This document shows positions 1-12,526 of a DNA stretch of 64,000 bases, in pieces. This DNA comes from Octopus sinensis (taxonomy: Eukaryota), in the NCBI RefSeq assembly GCF_006345805.1, contig NC_043004.1, forward strand, positions 51,212,001 to 51,276,000. The letters are read 5' to 3'. A program made the position numbers and the translations under genes. Numbering within the stretch: position 1 is the first letter of the stretch; each line of letters opens with the position of its first letter. Under the pieces are notes generated by a model. It saw only the letters and a program-made list of their open reading frames with translations, was not told where the DNA came from and ran no database searches.

Positions 1-139
1 CTGCAAAAAGACATTGAATTTAATTAAATTAGGACAGATGGACACAGAATAATTATACCTAAAATCTCCAAGAAATTAAGGAGATAGACAAAGAACTCGC
101 TGCATTCACTCCAGCATAGAAGCTACTCATATATATATC

Positions 140-268
140 ATCATCATCATCATCATCATCGTTTAGCGTCCGCTTTCCATGCTAGCATGGGTTGGATGGT
201 TCAACTGGGGTCTGTGAAGCCAGAAGGCTGCATCAGGCCCAGTCTGATCTGGCAGTGTTTCTATGGCT
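140..268 (-). mobile_element. Family C repeat (RTE-like 3' end or SINE with (GAT)n tail), fragment
   Basis: (CAT)n + cgtttagcgtccgctttccatgctagcatgggttgg; same sequence at ~10533-10700, 12265-12525, 15820-16080, 24185-24415, 25147-25350, 32940-33110. Confidence 0.7.
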
Positions 269-269
269 A

Positions 270-301
<32 letters not shown>

Positions 302-357
302 CAAACACATATACATACTCATTTACATATATATATATACACACACACTTATATATC

Positions 358-408
<51 letters not shown>

Positions 409-440
409 GTAAACACACACACATATACATACTCATTTAC

Positions 441-487
<47 letters not shown>

Positions 488-740
488 TGCCAAACCAGAG
501 AGTAGAGCTTGGTGCAGTCCTCTAGCTCACTAGACCCTGTCAAACCATCTAACTCATGCCCGCATGAAAAACACACACCCACTCATACACACACACACAC
601 AAATTCACACATACATATATATATACACACATATGTATATACATATACACACACACACACACACCATATATATATATATATATACGTACATGCACATACA
701 CATACATACATACATGTGCTCACATGTATACACGCATGTA
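268..740. repeat. (TA)n/(CA)n microsatellite block with short internal duplication
   Basis: Dinucleotide runs; gtaaacacNNacacatatacatactcatttacata occurs twice. Confidence 0.9.
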
Positions 741-879
741 CACACGCTCCGCTTTATTAAAATGTTTCACTCTAGATTTTTAATTGTGTGTCGTTGTTGT
801 TTACATTTTGCAAACATGGGTGGAAACAGGAGATCGGTGCTGCATTGTTGTGGAATGTCTGTTCTCATCAGAATCAGCA

Positions 880-2270
880 GTGGCAGCAGCAGCAGCAGCG
901 GGGGGGGGGTAATGGTGTGGGAGGAAAAAAAGTGAATGTTCTTTGCTTCATAGAATGAAAAAGTCCCATGGAGTGGGGAGCGGGGGAGTGGAGGTGGGAG
1001 TGGTGGTGGGGGGGGGGGTGGGGTTTCAGAGGGAGAGGGAACAGCAGAGTCACCTGGGGTCATTGGTTGCATTTAAAATGGGATGGTGTGTGGTTGGGAA
1101 AGGAGAGAGAGAGAGAAAGACGGTGAGAGAGAAGGTGGGGGGCGGGGGAAATGGTAATGAGCTAAGGAGTCTGAGATATGTTTCTCATAGGTTATGAATG
1201 GATAGTGAAGGGGGGGGGCTTTGGGGCGGGGGGGATGAGAAGGGTGTTTGAAGAATTCAGATGTTCAGGGTTCGCTCCCCACACCCTGCCTATCAACTCC
1301 TACTACCACCACTGACACAACTACAACCACCACTGCCACCACTAAGATTAAGAAACAAGAGGATGATGAGGTGCAGCAACCTTACTGGTGGTGGTGGTGA
1401 CAGTGATGGTAGTGGTGATAGTGATGATGATGATGATGGGGTATGACAGTGGTACTGGTGATGGTGGGAATGGTGTTAGTGGTGGTGGCAGTGGTAGAGA
1501 TGATGGGGATTTGGTGGTGGTGGTGGTGGTAGTGGGCGATGGTGGGCATGGCAATGAATAGTTGTGATAATGGTAGTGGTGGTAGTGGTAGCAGTGGTGG
1601 GTGTGGTGTTAGTGGTGATGGTGGTAATGGTGGCAGTGGTAGTGATGGTGGTGGTGAGAGTGGTGATGGTACTTGCTGTGGTAGTAGTGGTTGTGACTGT
1701 CTTTCTGAAAGTAATTATTAATAATGGTGGTGGTGGTTGTGGTGGTGGTGGTGGTAGTATGGTGGTGGCTGAGAGAGAATGGAATTGACAGTAGTGGTAT
1801 TGTTGGTATTGGTGGGTGGGGATAGTGGTGTTGCTGTTCTAGATTGTCTCAGTAGTATTGTTGATGATGGTGGTGATAGTGATGATGGTGTTGGTGGCAG
1901 TGACAGATATAGTAGTGTTGGTTGTAGTAGATGAGGTTGTACAGATTACAGTAATCGTGACAAAATTAAGGGATGAATTAAAAGTGGAAGTACTGAAGAA
2001 GTTACACAATTAAGTCAGCAGTTGAAAGGGTGGGTACCATCATTACACCTCAGTAGTACCTTGTATCCCCCCCCCCCCCGGTGACTATTTCCATCTCCAC
2101 CACTACCACCACAGCTAATATCACCACCACTCCCTATCATCACATCTCCACCATCCAACTTGACTACCCTAACCTCACTGTCACGCCCTAGTCTTCCTCA
2201 ACACCCACCACCAACAACAACCATCAATGCCAATACAATTATCATAAAACTAAATACCACCACCACCATT
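880..2270. repeat. G-rich/(GGT)n low-complexity island
   Basis: G runs and degenerate GGT/GAT triplets; ORFs here are poly-P/G/V. Confidence 0.75.
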
Positions 2271-2292
2271 GTTTATATGTGTGTATAAATAT

Positions 2293-2325
<33 letters not shown>

Positions 2326-2328
2326 CAC

Positions 2329-2360
<32 letters not shown>

Positions 2361-2372
2361 TTACATCACATA

Positions 2373-2430
<58 letters not shown>

Positions 2431-2483
2431 ATATCTATATATATATAACAATATAATATATATATACATATATATATACATAC

Positions 2484-2756
2484 AAAACAATTGCACAGCG
2501 TGGAAGGTGTTTATAATAAGCCATTTAGAAACACACAAAAGCCGTTCGATTCACTTCAACATTTAAGTTTAATTTGTCAAAATATTTTCGTCGCTAAAAT
2601 CCGCGACCTGTTCACTGATTTTTGTTAAGTGAGCAGGCCGCGGATTTTTTAGCGACAAATATTTTTACCATCTAAACTTAAATGTTGAAGTGAATTGAAC
2701 GGCTTTGTGTGTTTCTTAAATGGCTTATAAACACCTTCCACGCTGCAATTGTTTTC
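2484..2756. repeat. ~270-bp imperfect palindrome with an HHR-like motif in each arm (Penelope pLTR-like)
   Basis: aaaacaattgc...ttcactga is the reverse complement of gtgagcagg...gcaattgtttt; centre ~2620; lies between (TA)n tracts. Confidence 0.75.
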
Positions 2757-2818
2757 ATTTCAGCCACGATCTCAGATCAAAGTTACTTTCTATGGAGTAC
2801 AATCTCCGTAATATTTAC

Positions 2819-2856
<38 letters not shown>

Positions 2857-2864
2857 ATGTACAC

Positions 2865-2895
<31 letters not shown>

Positions 2896-3002
2896 ATATA
2901 TACATGTATATACATATAGATAATATAATAATAACAGATATATATACTATCTACTATATATATATATATAATATATATTATATATATATTATATATATAT
3001 AT

Positions 3003-3290
3003 GGAGGCACAATGGCCCAGTGGTTAGGATAGCGTCGTCCAGGAATCGTGGTTTTCATTCCCGACCGGGTGTTGTGAGTGTTTATTGAGCGAAAACACCT
3101 AAAAGCTCCACGAAGAGCTCGGCAGGGGGTGGTGATCCCTGCTGTACTCTTTCACCACTCTTTCTTTTCTCTTTGGCCTGCTCGCTTAGCCAGTGGGGTG
3201 GTGTCATTCGAAGACTAAAAAACAATGCGAACGCATTGTGACCAGCGATGTGTAACTACACCTGATGGACTGGTCGGTCACGTGACATGA

Positions 3291-3292
<2 letters not shown>
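3003..3292 (+). mobile_element. tRNA-derived SINE (family E)
   Basis: A-box TGGCCCAGTGG and degenerate B-box GGTTTTCATTCCC, then unique body; flanked by (TA)n. Confidence 0.55.
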
Positions 3293-3339
<47 letters not shown>

Positions 3340-3344
<5 letters not shown>

Positions 3345-3650
3345 GTATTATTTTTTTAAATGCCTACAACCTTAGTGTGTTGACATCTATAGGCAATGAA
3401 AATTAGATTCACTTTTGACCATAGGCTGAAACAGCTGTAAGTAATTTTTAAGATTTCATTAATTTATATTATGACTTAAAATCTGTATTTGTATTATTAT
3501 CTTATCTATTGATTTATATAATATTTTTGTATGCTTTTGATGTTCTCATTTGTAATATGAATAAATAATCTAACATTATAATATCTGTAAGTTGATGAAC
3601 AAACTAAATTTGTTTCTCCATTTTCTTTTTGTATTATATATATATATATA
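3340..3650 (+). mobile_element. Truncated copy of long-stem-II HHR repeat family
   Basis: ggctGAAACAGCTGTAag at ~3424 and tail ttctccattttct shared with copies at ~7480-8120 and ~14830-15760. Confidence 0.5.
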
Positions 3651-3654
3651 CACT

Positions 3655-4015
3655 TTTACTTGTTTCAGTCATTGGAATGCAACCATGCTGGAGCATTGCT
3701 TTGCTAGATTAATCAAACAAATAAATCCACATAATTATTTTAAACATGGTACTTATTCTTTCACTCTCTATTGCTAAACTGCTACATTGCAAGGAAATAT
3801 GCAGACTAACACTGGTTATCACCTAATGGTAGGAGACCACACACACATACACACAATCGGCTTCTCACATTCTCCATCTACTAAATTCACTCACAAGGTA
3901 TTAGTCAACCCAGGGTTTTAGTAGAAGACACTTGCCCAAAGTGCCATGAAGTGGGTCTGAACATGAAACCAGGAGGTTGCAAAGAGAGCTTCTTAACCAC
4001 ATACCTATGTCTGTG
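3655..4015 (-). mobile_element. SINE family A, diverged
   Basis: ttttacttgtttcagtcatt...gaagacacttgcccaa matches family A. Confidence 0.7.
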
Positions 4016-4709
4016 CCTTTATATACTGATCACTTAGATTTGCCAAATGGATAGAATAATTTTTCCTGAAGAGATCAAATGAGACTGAAACAATGTGATA
4101 TAAAGAGCAGAGAAGTTATTCCCATGAAAGTTAAACCAAAACAGGTTTTCAATATTTTTTAGAATGTCCAGAAAAATCACTATTTACCTGTAAACATATG
4201 TTAAAATGATTCATTTCTGACCAGATATCGATACTGGGAGGGAAAATGTCTTCCAGAGCTACACAGCATTATCTTTTAGCATGAAACTTTTTGTCTAAGT
4301 AAATCATGTCCATTTTATGTCATGCCTGTCACAACAGGTAAATGAAAATTGTGACCAGAGACATTGCTGTCAAGCAAACACGTTAGCATTTTTTGGAAAC
4401 TTCAAGATTAGTGTAAAATAAACACCATGAGATTTTTTTATGCTCCTCAGGAGAAATTCAGAGGAATTGGTAATTAATATTTTCAGGTGAAAAAGCCAAT
4501 CTCAAAATGCTGAGCCTTACGAAGGAGATGATAGAGGAATGAGATATGTGGCACATTGCTATGCTCAAGAAGACCTACCCATCACAACAGAAAGCACCCA
4601 GTGTAATGTGGTTGGCATTAGGAAGGGCATCCAGCCATAGAAACCAAGCTAAAACAAGTGTGTGTGTGTGTGTGTGTCTTTGCATTTGTGTTTGTCTCCT
4701 ACCATCAGA

Positions 4710-5642
4710 CTATAACTGCCATGTAACAGTGAGAGGTCCTTTGTTGCCAGCAGAGGTAGGAGCTATCTGAACTTTGCCCAGGCTATTCTTATTCTAGCAG
4801 CTTCACTCTCAGAGCATCCACCCCCACCACCCGCTACTGACTTGGTCACCTAGGTTATGGAAGCTATCGACTACTTCAAGTTTTTTTCCCTCGGGCATGT
4901 GATGGAATCTGTTTCCTGTACATCTTCAATGTTTATTGCCCCTGCGCATCTACCACACACAAAAAATATCTCCCCTGTTAACTTTCCTCTGATATTGCTG
5001 CACCTCTTATGTGTCTATTGTTTACACCAGGTACAGCTTATGGAGTTTCTACCTACGCCTTTTCTGTAGATCGAGGAGGGCCATCTACCTGCAGGGATTT
5101 GTGATTTGTTTACCTTCTTACTCACTGAGACTTTGGATTTTGCTAGATTGATTCTAAGGCCCTTTGATTCTAGACCTTGCTTCCACACCTAAAACTTCTC
5201 TAGTTCTGGTAGCAACTCAATTATTAGAGCAAGGTCAAGGGACAGCCTGTCTTGAATCCCTCTGTTACTGCCTGGAGGACTATGATGAATAAGAGAAGGG
5301 TGAGGACTGATCCTTGGTGAACCCCTCACCAACCCCTCATCTATCCCTAGTTTCCACATTGACCACCAGATAAAGGATCAAGGATCCTGTCAAAGGCTTT
5401 CTCCAAGTCAATGAAAGCCAAGTATAGAGGTTTATTCTGGCTAGGAATTTCTCCTGCAGCTGTCTTACCAGAAATATAGTATCAGTGGTGCTTCTCCATG
5501 GCACAAACCCAAACTGCATCTCGTCTAACCCACTCCATGACTTTCATTACCTGATCCAAACAGTTTGATACCTCTGTAATTATTCCTATCTAATGCATCA
5601 CCTTTACCTTTGTAGCAGTTGACTATGGTGCTGCTACACCAG

Positions 5643-5645
<3 letters not shown>
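4710..5645 (-). mobile_element. RTE-clade LINE RT fragment, decayed
   Basis: QFGFVPWRSTTDTIFLVRQLQEKFLA and AARIRIAWAKFR*LLPLL motifs; frameshifts and stops. Confidence 0.8.
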
Positions 5646-5691
<46 letters not shown>

Positions 5692-6243
5692 CCCACACAC
5701 ATAGATTATGGCTGGCTGAAGAGGTCTAAGTAAGACAGAAACATTCTCATTGCTTTCAGTTGTTTTTAACAACCACATCCACTCCAATCTTCACAGTCTA
5801 TATTGTTCAAAGATTTCATTGAAGTAATCTTTCATGTCCACTGCTTTTACATTTTAATCACTCCTAGAGGGAGATTTTGTCTGCTAATTACTAAGATAAT
5901 CTCCATTGATCAAATTTTTTGAACTCATTATGTTAGATATGTGAAACTCTGCCTTAAGTGCATTTATTAATTGGCATTTTTAAAAGAAAAAAAGGGGAGG
6001 GAGAGAATATAAGATATTTCTTTCCATAAATGCGAAAAGAATGCAGAGGAGTTAGGTTTGAATGAAGGGGAGGAGAAGGAATCTTCTGGATCATCATAAC
6101 TAACATCATCATTTAATATCAGTTTTCCATGCTGGCATGGGTTGAAAAAGAGAGAGAGAGAGTATGAAATGACAAGGATGAAACACAGAGAAAAAAGAAA
6201 GAGATAGAAAGGAAATGAGAATGAATTATATATATATAAATAT

Positions 6244-6276
<33 letters not shown>

Positions 6277-6552
6277 TAGATATACAGACAGACACCCAGA
6301 CAAGCAGACAGACAGCTAGATAGATAGATACACACACAGACAGAAAGAGAGAGAGTGACAGAGAAAGAGAGGTAGGAGAGAAGATAATTTCTCTAAAAAT
6401 GGAAGCTGGGAATTGGTCTTATTTTCTTTTTTTTTTCTGTTTTATATTATATTTTAGATGCACCACCAAGTGCAATATTGCAACTGTCTGTACAAGGGTT
6501 TTTCCCAGCCCTTGCAGTTTGGAGTATTGTTGTTGTTGCAGTCATTATTGAT

Positions 6553-6764
6553 TGGCGGCAAGCTGGCAGAATAGTTACCATGCCAGACAAAATGCTTAGC
6601 GACATTTTGCCCATCTTTACATTCTGAGTTCAAATCCTGTTAAAGTGAATTTTACTTTTTATCTTTCCAGGGTCGATAAAGTAAGTACCAGTTGGACACT
6701 GGGGTCAATGTATTTGACTTACCCTTACCTCTGAAATTGCTGGCCTTGTGCCAAAATTCGAAAC

Positions 6765-6798
<34 letters not shown>

Positions 6799-7015
6799 TA
6801 ATGTGGCAAGCTGGCAGAATCAGCAGCAAGCCATGTAAAATGCTCAGCAGTATTTTATTCATCTTCATGTTTTGAGTTCAAATTCAGCTGAATTTGCCTT
6901 TCATCCTTTCAGAGTCAATGAATTAAGTACCAGTGAAATACTGGGGTCAATGTAACTGACTAGTCCCCTCCCCCAAAACCACCAAAAGTTCAGGCCTAGT
7001 GCCTTTAGTAGAAAG
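6553..7015 (+). mobile_element. Two tandem SINE family B copies with (TTA)n tails
   Basis: ggcggcaagctggcagaa...gagttcaaat...aagtaccag...ctggggtcaatg twice. Confidence 0.75.
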
Positions 7016-7029
7016 ATTATTATTATTAT

Positions 7030-7380
7030 TCAGTAGTTTTATTTTCATAACGTGCTTTCACTTCACTACCGAGCGCAGCTCTGTGTGCCTTGGGTATGTG
7101 CTGTGCTTTGCTGTGATGCTCTTATGGTTACTGTATTGAAAATGTTCTGCATAGGATGTGTGCAGTGCCCAGTAGTGCAATTTTCTGTATGTTGTATATA
7201 TTTGTAAGTCCTGATGTTTTTGTTATGTATTTGTCTAAATATTTTTTTTATCATACCTAATGCGCTCACTGTGATAAGGAATTGTTTCTGTTTTTAGATT
7301 CCACATTCAAGTTACCTCTATTTCCAGGTCTTTTTATTTTGAAAGTTTCTCCATTTCTTTTAGAGAAATGTTGTCATCTG
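7030..7380 (-). mobile_element. RLE (R4/Dong-like) LINE 3' fragment
   Basis: Matches 3' end of 53168-54975 (ALGMIKK, cagtagttttatt at (TAA)n). Confidence 0.8.
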
Positions 7381-7751
7381 CTGGCAGAATCATTAGCACG
7401 GGTGAAATGCTTAACGGTATTTCGTCTGAGTTCAAATTCCGCTGAGGTGTCATTAAAGTTAGCATCATTATCGTTATGGTAGCATTAATTGTATTGACAA
7501 CGATAATGATGCTAACTTTAATGACACTTTGGAAATTAGTAGGAAGTAATATAATGTACTATTGACTATGTATATTTGCATCTAGGTACTAATATGTGTA
7601 TGTTTATTATCACAATATCAAGTTGAAAAACTGAAACATTGAATGTGGAACATATATATGTTTACTAATTTATATTATTTATTTGCATTATTATGTATAT
7701 GTATATTTTTATATGTATAGGAGTGTGAGTATATGCACTCAAATGTATATG

Positions 7752-7884
7752 TATATCTCCGAAGAGGCCTTATGATACTTTTGTAAATGTCTCATTTAGA
7801 TCCATATATTGACCTACCATAAAAGGCTAATATTGGTAAAATGAGACATACTTATCTACATGGCCGAAACAGCTGTAAGATGTA
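7752..7884 (+). ncRNA. Type I hammerhead-ribozyme-like motif with extended stem II
   Basis: TATATCT-CCGAAGA-GGCC-[92 nt]-GGCC-GAAA-CAGCTG-TA-AGATGTA; 7-bp stem I, palindromic stem III. Confidence 0.65.
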
Positions 7885-8123
7885 ATCTATACTTATATTT
7901 ATATTTACTTATATCTATATTCTCTTTTTTTGTATATATTCTACTTATTATACAACATTACTCTTTTATGTACATTCCTTTATGTACACTGATTTGTTCT
8001 GCTTTTTTATGTTTAACCGTGCAGTCTCTTATGTGGTGGTTTAATAAAGTATGTGATTGAGTATTATCTGATAATTGATATTTGATTTAGATGTATTTCT
8101 CCATTTTCTTATCTTGTATATAT

Positions 8124-8179
<56 letters not shown>

Positions 8180-8379
8180 GCACACACACACACACACAAA
8201 ATCATCATCAGCATCATTGTCTTGTATGTGTCAGATTGGTTCGAATAAAAGATAGCAAGATGAGATTTGAGTGAGATTTGGCTGTTACTTCTAGTAGGGT
8301 TTAGTAACTATGTAAATGCTTATTTGTTTACTATTGTTGCCATTGATAGTTTTTGATGTTATTTCTGGTCTTGTTGTTG

Positions 8380-9350
8380 TTGTTGCTGCTGCCGCTGCTG
8401 CTGCTGTTGTTCAGCCCCAGAATCAGCATGATGAAGCCTGAGCTAATAAAGGAAGATGTGTTGACCTGCTAAAAATAGCAACTCAATTCCCTTCCCACCA
8501 CGTCCACCCGCCCTGCCCGCCCGCCCCGCCCGCCCAAATATCACACACCACCACACCCTACTGTTGTTGTTGTTGTCGTCGTCGCCGTTGTTCTTACCTG
8601 GCGCTATGTTTGTGTAGAATTCGGTAAGTCTTGATGCAACTTTCACACGGATATCAATGTAACATTGTTATTTATGTAAGTAGGGGGAGGAAAGGCGTGG
8701 GGGGGGCTGCAGAGGCGGGGGGTGGGGGGTGGGGGTGGCAGCAACAGGGAGGAATGTTTAATGGTGTAGCAAGCTTTAGTGATGGTGCAACGATAGGTAA
8801 CAGAGGTGGTGATGGCAGCGGTGGGGGTGGGTGCGGGTTCGGGTGGTGGTGGTGGTGGCGGCGGCGATGGTAGAAGCGATGCTTGTACCGGTACTGGTAA
8901 TACGAGCTAACAGGGTGGGGGGAATTAACAGGGATGGTGATGTCAGAGTTTAACACAGGAAGGCGGTGGGGGTGGCGGCAATGATGGGAATGGGGGAGAT
9001 GAAGGGTGAGGGTGAGAGAGTTGGTGGGGGTGGGGGTGGGGTGATGGTTATGTAGTATGTAAAGGAGATGGTGTTGGTTTTCGTGGCAGTGGTGGTCGCA
9101 ACAGCATTGATGATGGTAGTGATGGTGGTGGTCGTGGTGGTGACGATGGTGGTGGTAAAGGTGGCAGTGCTGGAGGGGTGGTGGTGGGGTGATGATAGTG
9201 ATAGTGATGAAAATGGTGGTGGTGGTGCGATGGCAATGGTGACCATGGTAGTGGGGGGGGCTATGGTGTAGCAGCAGATAAGAGGGGTGGTGAGGGAGGT
9301 GGTGGTTTTGTTATTTTTCAGCTTCTTTAGAACCCACATTGGTGGCATTG
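8380..9350. other. GC-rich low-complexity island with splice-donor-like motifs
   Basis: CCGCCC repeats at 8505-8535; minus-strand CAG|GTAAG at ~8598; plus-strand GTAAGT at ~8624 and ~8676; no open frame spans it. Confidence 0.3.
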
Positions 9351-9759
9351 TCTAATTTCTATTTCTTTCTTTCTTTCTTCCTTCCTTCCTTCATTTCTTT
9401 TTTTTTTTGTTTGTTTTTTTTGTTAGTAGTTTTAGTATTTTTGGTAAAGAAGGCAGTTTCGATGAAGACAAGGAAATATAACAGAAAGTACAAATGAATT
9501 ATTACACTTATGTAATGTCACACACACACCACATACACACACATACACACACATACATACACATCTATGAAGGTGAGATAGATATGAAATAAGAATAGAT
9601 AGAGATATAAAAATAACTCGTTAATTAAGTTAGTGAGGTAGAGTCAGACAAGTAATAATGTGTCAGGTATTGTAGGTATGCTGGTTGGTTGGTTGGTTGG
9701 TAGGTGATTGGGTGGGTGTGGTGATGTAATGATATTAAATGGGTGTGTAGGTAGGTAGG

Positions 9760-9858
9760 GATGAGTGGGGAGGTAGGGAAGTAGGTAGGTAGGCTGGTAA
9801 TCTAGATTGATAGATTGACAGATGAAAGGTAGAAAGGTAGACAGACAGACAGACAGAC

Positions 9859-9893
<35 letters not shown>

Positions 9894-10121
9894 CAGACAG
9901 ACATACAGATAGATAGATAGACAGATAGAGAGATAGATATAGGAATGGACAGACATAGAGACAGGCAAACAGACAGACAGATACAAAGAGAGAGAGAGAG
10001 AGATTGGTAAATAGATATATAGGTAGACAGAGGTAGATAGATACATAAATAGACAAATAGCCAGAGAAAGTATAAATAGACTGGTAGATAGATATAAAAA
10101 TAGATAGATATAGATAAATAG

Positions 10122-10168
<47 letters not shown>

Positions 10169-10380
10169 TATATAGGAACAGATAGACATATAGTTAGTTA
10201 GACAGACTCACAGACAGACTGTCAAGTAACTAGACATAAAGAGCTCGTTAGACAAAGTTCAATAGACAAAGATAGATAGATAGATACATACATACATACA
10301 TATACAAACAGACACATTCATGTCGAGAGATAAGTAGATAGGATCAATAGACAGGGAGAGAGAGAGAGAAAGATAGATAT
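9760..10380. repeat. (GGTA)n/(GACA)n/(GATA)n/(GA)n microsatellites
   Basis: Direct reading. Confidence 0.9.
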
Positions 10381-11629
10381 AAATTTAATAACTACAACTA
10401 AGTTTCCCTATTTCTAGATCATCATGTACTCCACCACCAACCCACTTCATCATATTGGTTTCAAATTTTGGCACAAGGCCAGCAATTTTGGGGTAGGGGT
10501 TAAGTTGATTACATTGACCCCAGTGTTCACAATCATCATCATCAACATTTAACGTCTGTTTTCCATGCAGACATGGGGTGGACGGCTAGACAAAAGTTGG
10601 CAAGGTTAGGGGCCACGCCAAGTTCCAAAGTCTGTTTTCACTTGGTTTCTACAGCTGGATGCCCTTCCTAACACCAACCACTTTACAGAGTGTACTTCGT
10701 GCAAAACTTTGTGAATGAATTTGGTAGATGGAAACCGAAAGAAGCCTTTCGTGTGTGTGTGTGTGCTTGTATATGCATGTTTGTTTGTTCCCCACCACTG
10801 CCTGACAACCAGTGTTATTTTGTTAATATCCTTGTAACTTAACAGTTCAGCAAAAAGATTGATAGAATAAGAACCAGGCTTTGATAAAAAAAAATTAAGT
10901 ATTGAGGTCAATTTGTTCAACTAAAATCCTTCAGGCCATTGTCCCAGCATGGCTGTAGTCTAATGATTGAAACAAGCAAAAGAAGAATGCACTTTATAGA
11001 GAGTTTTATAGAGACAATGGTCCATTAATTTTGGTATATATACCACCATATACATATTTTATAACACTAATGAAAGGGCAACCATTTGAATTTAAATAAA
11101 CAGAGAATTATATTTGCCCCTATAATTTAAAAATCAAGTTAATTCAAATGAATTAATTAATGAGTTAATTCAAATGGTAAACACAATAGACTTTTTGATT
11201 TTAGTATGAAGACATCAATTTGGTTCACTGAATTGAGATCCAGAAACAATAGAACATTTAGTTGTAATGTAACAGAAGGATGATCCAGCTTTTATTGTAT
11301 TTCATTGTATTGAAGTATTTCTTAGTTAAATTTGGTTTTATCACTGATAGACAACTACAGAGACAGCTTAGTGGCGAGAATCAGAGAAGCAGAATGTATG
11401 TATACATATGAATAGCCGCATACACAAAGAGGCAAACACACACTCATATAGGTATAGTAATAAATTGATAGGTGGATAGACAGACAGATGGATAGATAGA
11501 CAAATTGATAGATAGAGAAACAGCCTGAACACATCCAGAAACCATTACCAGGAAAAATAGACATTAAATGATGATGATGTTTCCATTTCCTTCTGGTGAG
11601 GTTCCTAACTGATTGGATTAATAGCATAC

Positions 11630-12494
11630 TGGACAACTAAAGGACAGGTTAGTGTTTCATTTCCTGCCGGCAGCATCATATTATAACTAGAGACAATAGC
11701 TTCATTCTTTTTCTTTTGAGAAATGTTTGGTCAACAGAAAAGACTTGTGCCTGTGGCATTTGGTCTTAGACATGAGAAAAGCAAAAGTTGTTTCATGCCA
11801 AGTGGTCGAAGATGACAACAAGCTGCAGTTCAGACTTTGATGAGCCAAAACAGATACACACGACCAATTAAACGAATAAGTATACAGCTTTCTTGCAGCA
11901 CTTTGTTCAAATGTTTGGAGAAGGCAACGATAATGGACCAGAGATGATGTTGAACTTTAGCACCAACCTCAATGACCTGTCATACCTTTCAGCAGAAGAC
12001 ATAGAGTGCTGTGAAAAAGATAGTGACAGCAGCTGAAATATGGCATGTGGCAAATAACTATATGAGGGACAAATGACTTGGTTTAGACTGTCTGCCCAAT
12101 GAGTTTTGTGTATTTATGCCAGGCTTATTTTCTTGGCAGATGAGTACTACAACTATCAACAAAACAGGGAATAGGGGTACAACTGACAAAGCAATAGACA
12201 TTATTAATAACTTCAAATCTTATAACTTTAGTGAATGCTGAGTTAAAGACTTTGCCACATAAAAAGTACTGGTGATGAGTGCCATGTAAAAAGCACCAAG
12301 TACACTCTGTAAAGTGATTGGCATTAGAAAGGGCATCCAGCCATAGAAACCAAACCAAAACAGACTGTGGAACCTTGTGCAACCCGCTGGTCTCAGCAGT
12401 TGCTGTCAAACCATCCAAACTATGCCAGCATGGGAAACTGACATTGAATGTTGAAAATGATAATGATTATGAAGCGATGACAATGTTGATGACA

Positions 12495-12526
<32 letters not shown>

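Noticed and set aside
767-1072. Pro-rich ORF MQPMTPGDSAVPSPSETPPPP
   Set aside because: Driven by G/C homopolymers; no domain or clear splice structure, though an exon cannot be fully excluded
8592-8606. CTTACCTGGCG resembling the U1 snRNA 5' end
   Set aside because: No downstream U1 stem-loops or Sm site; simply the complement of a splice donor
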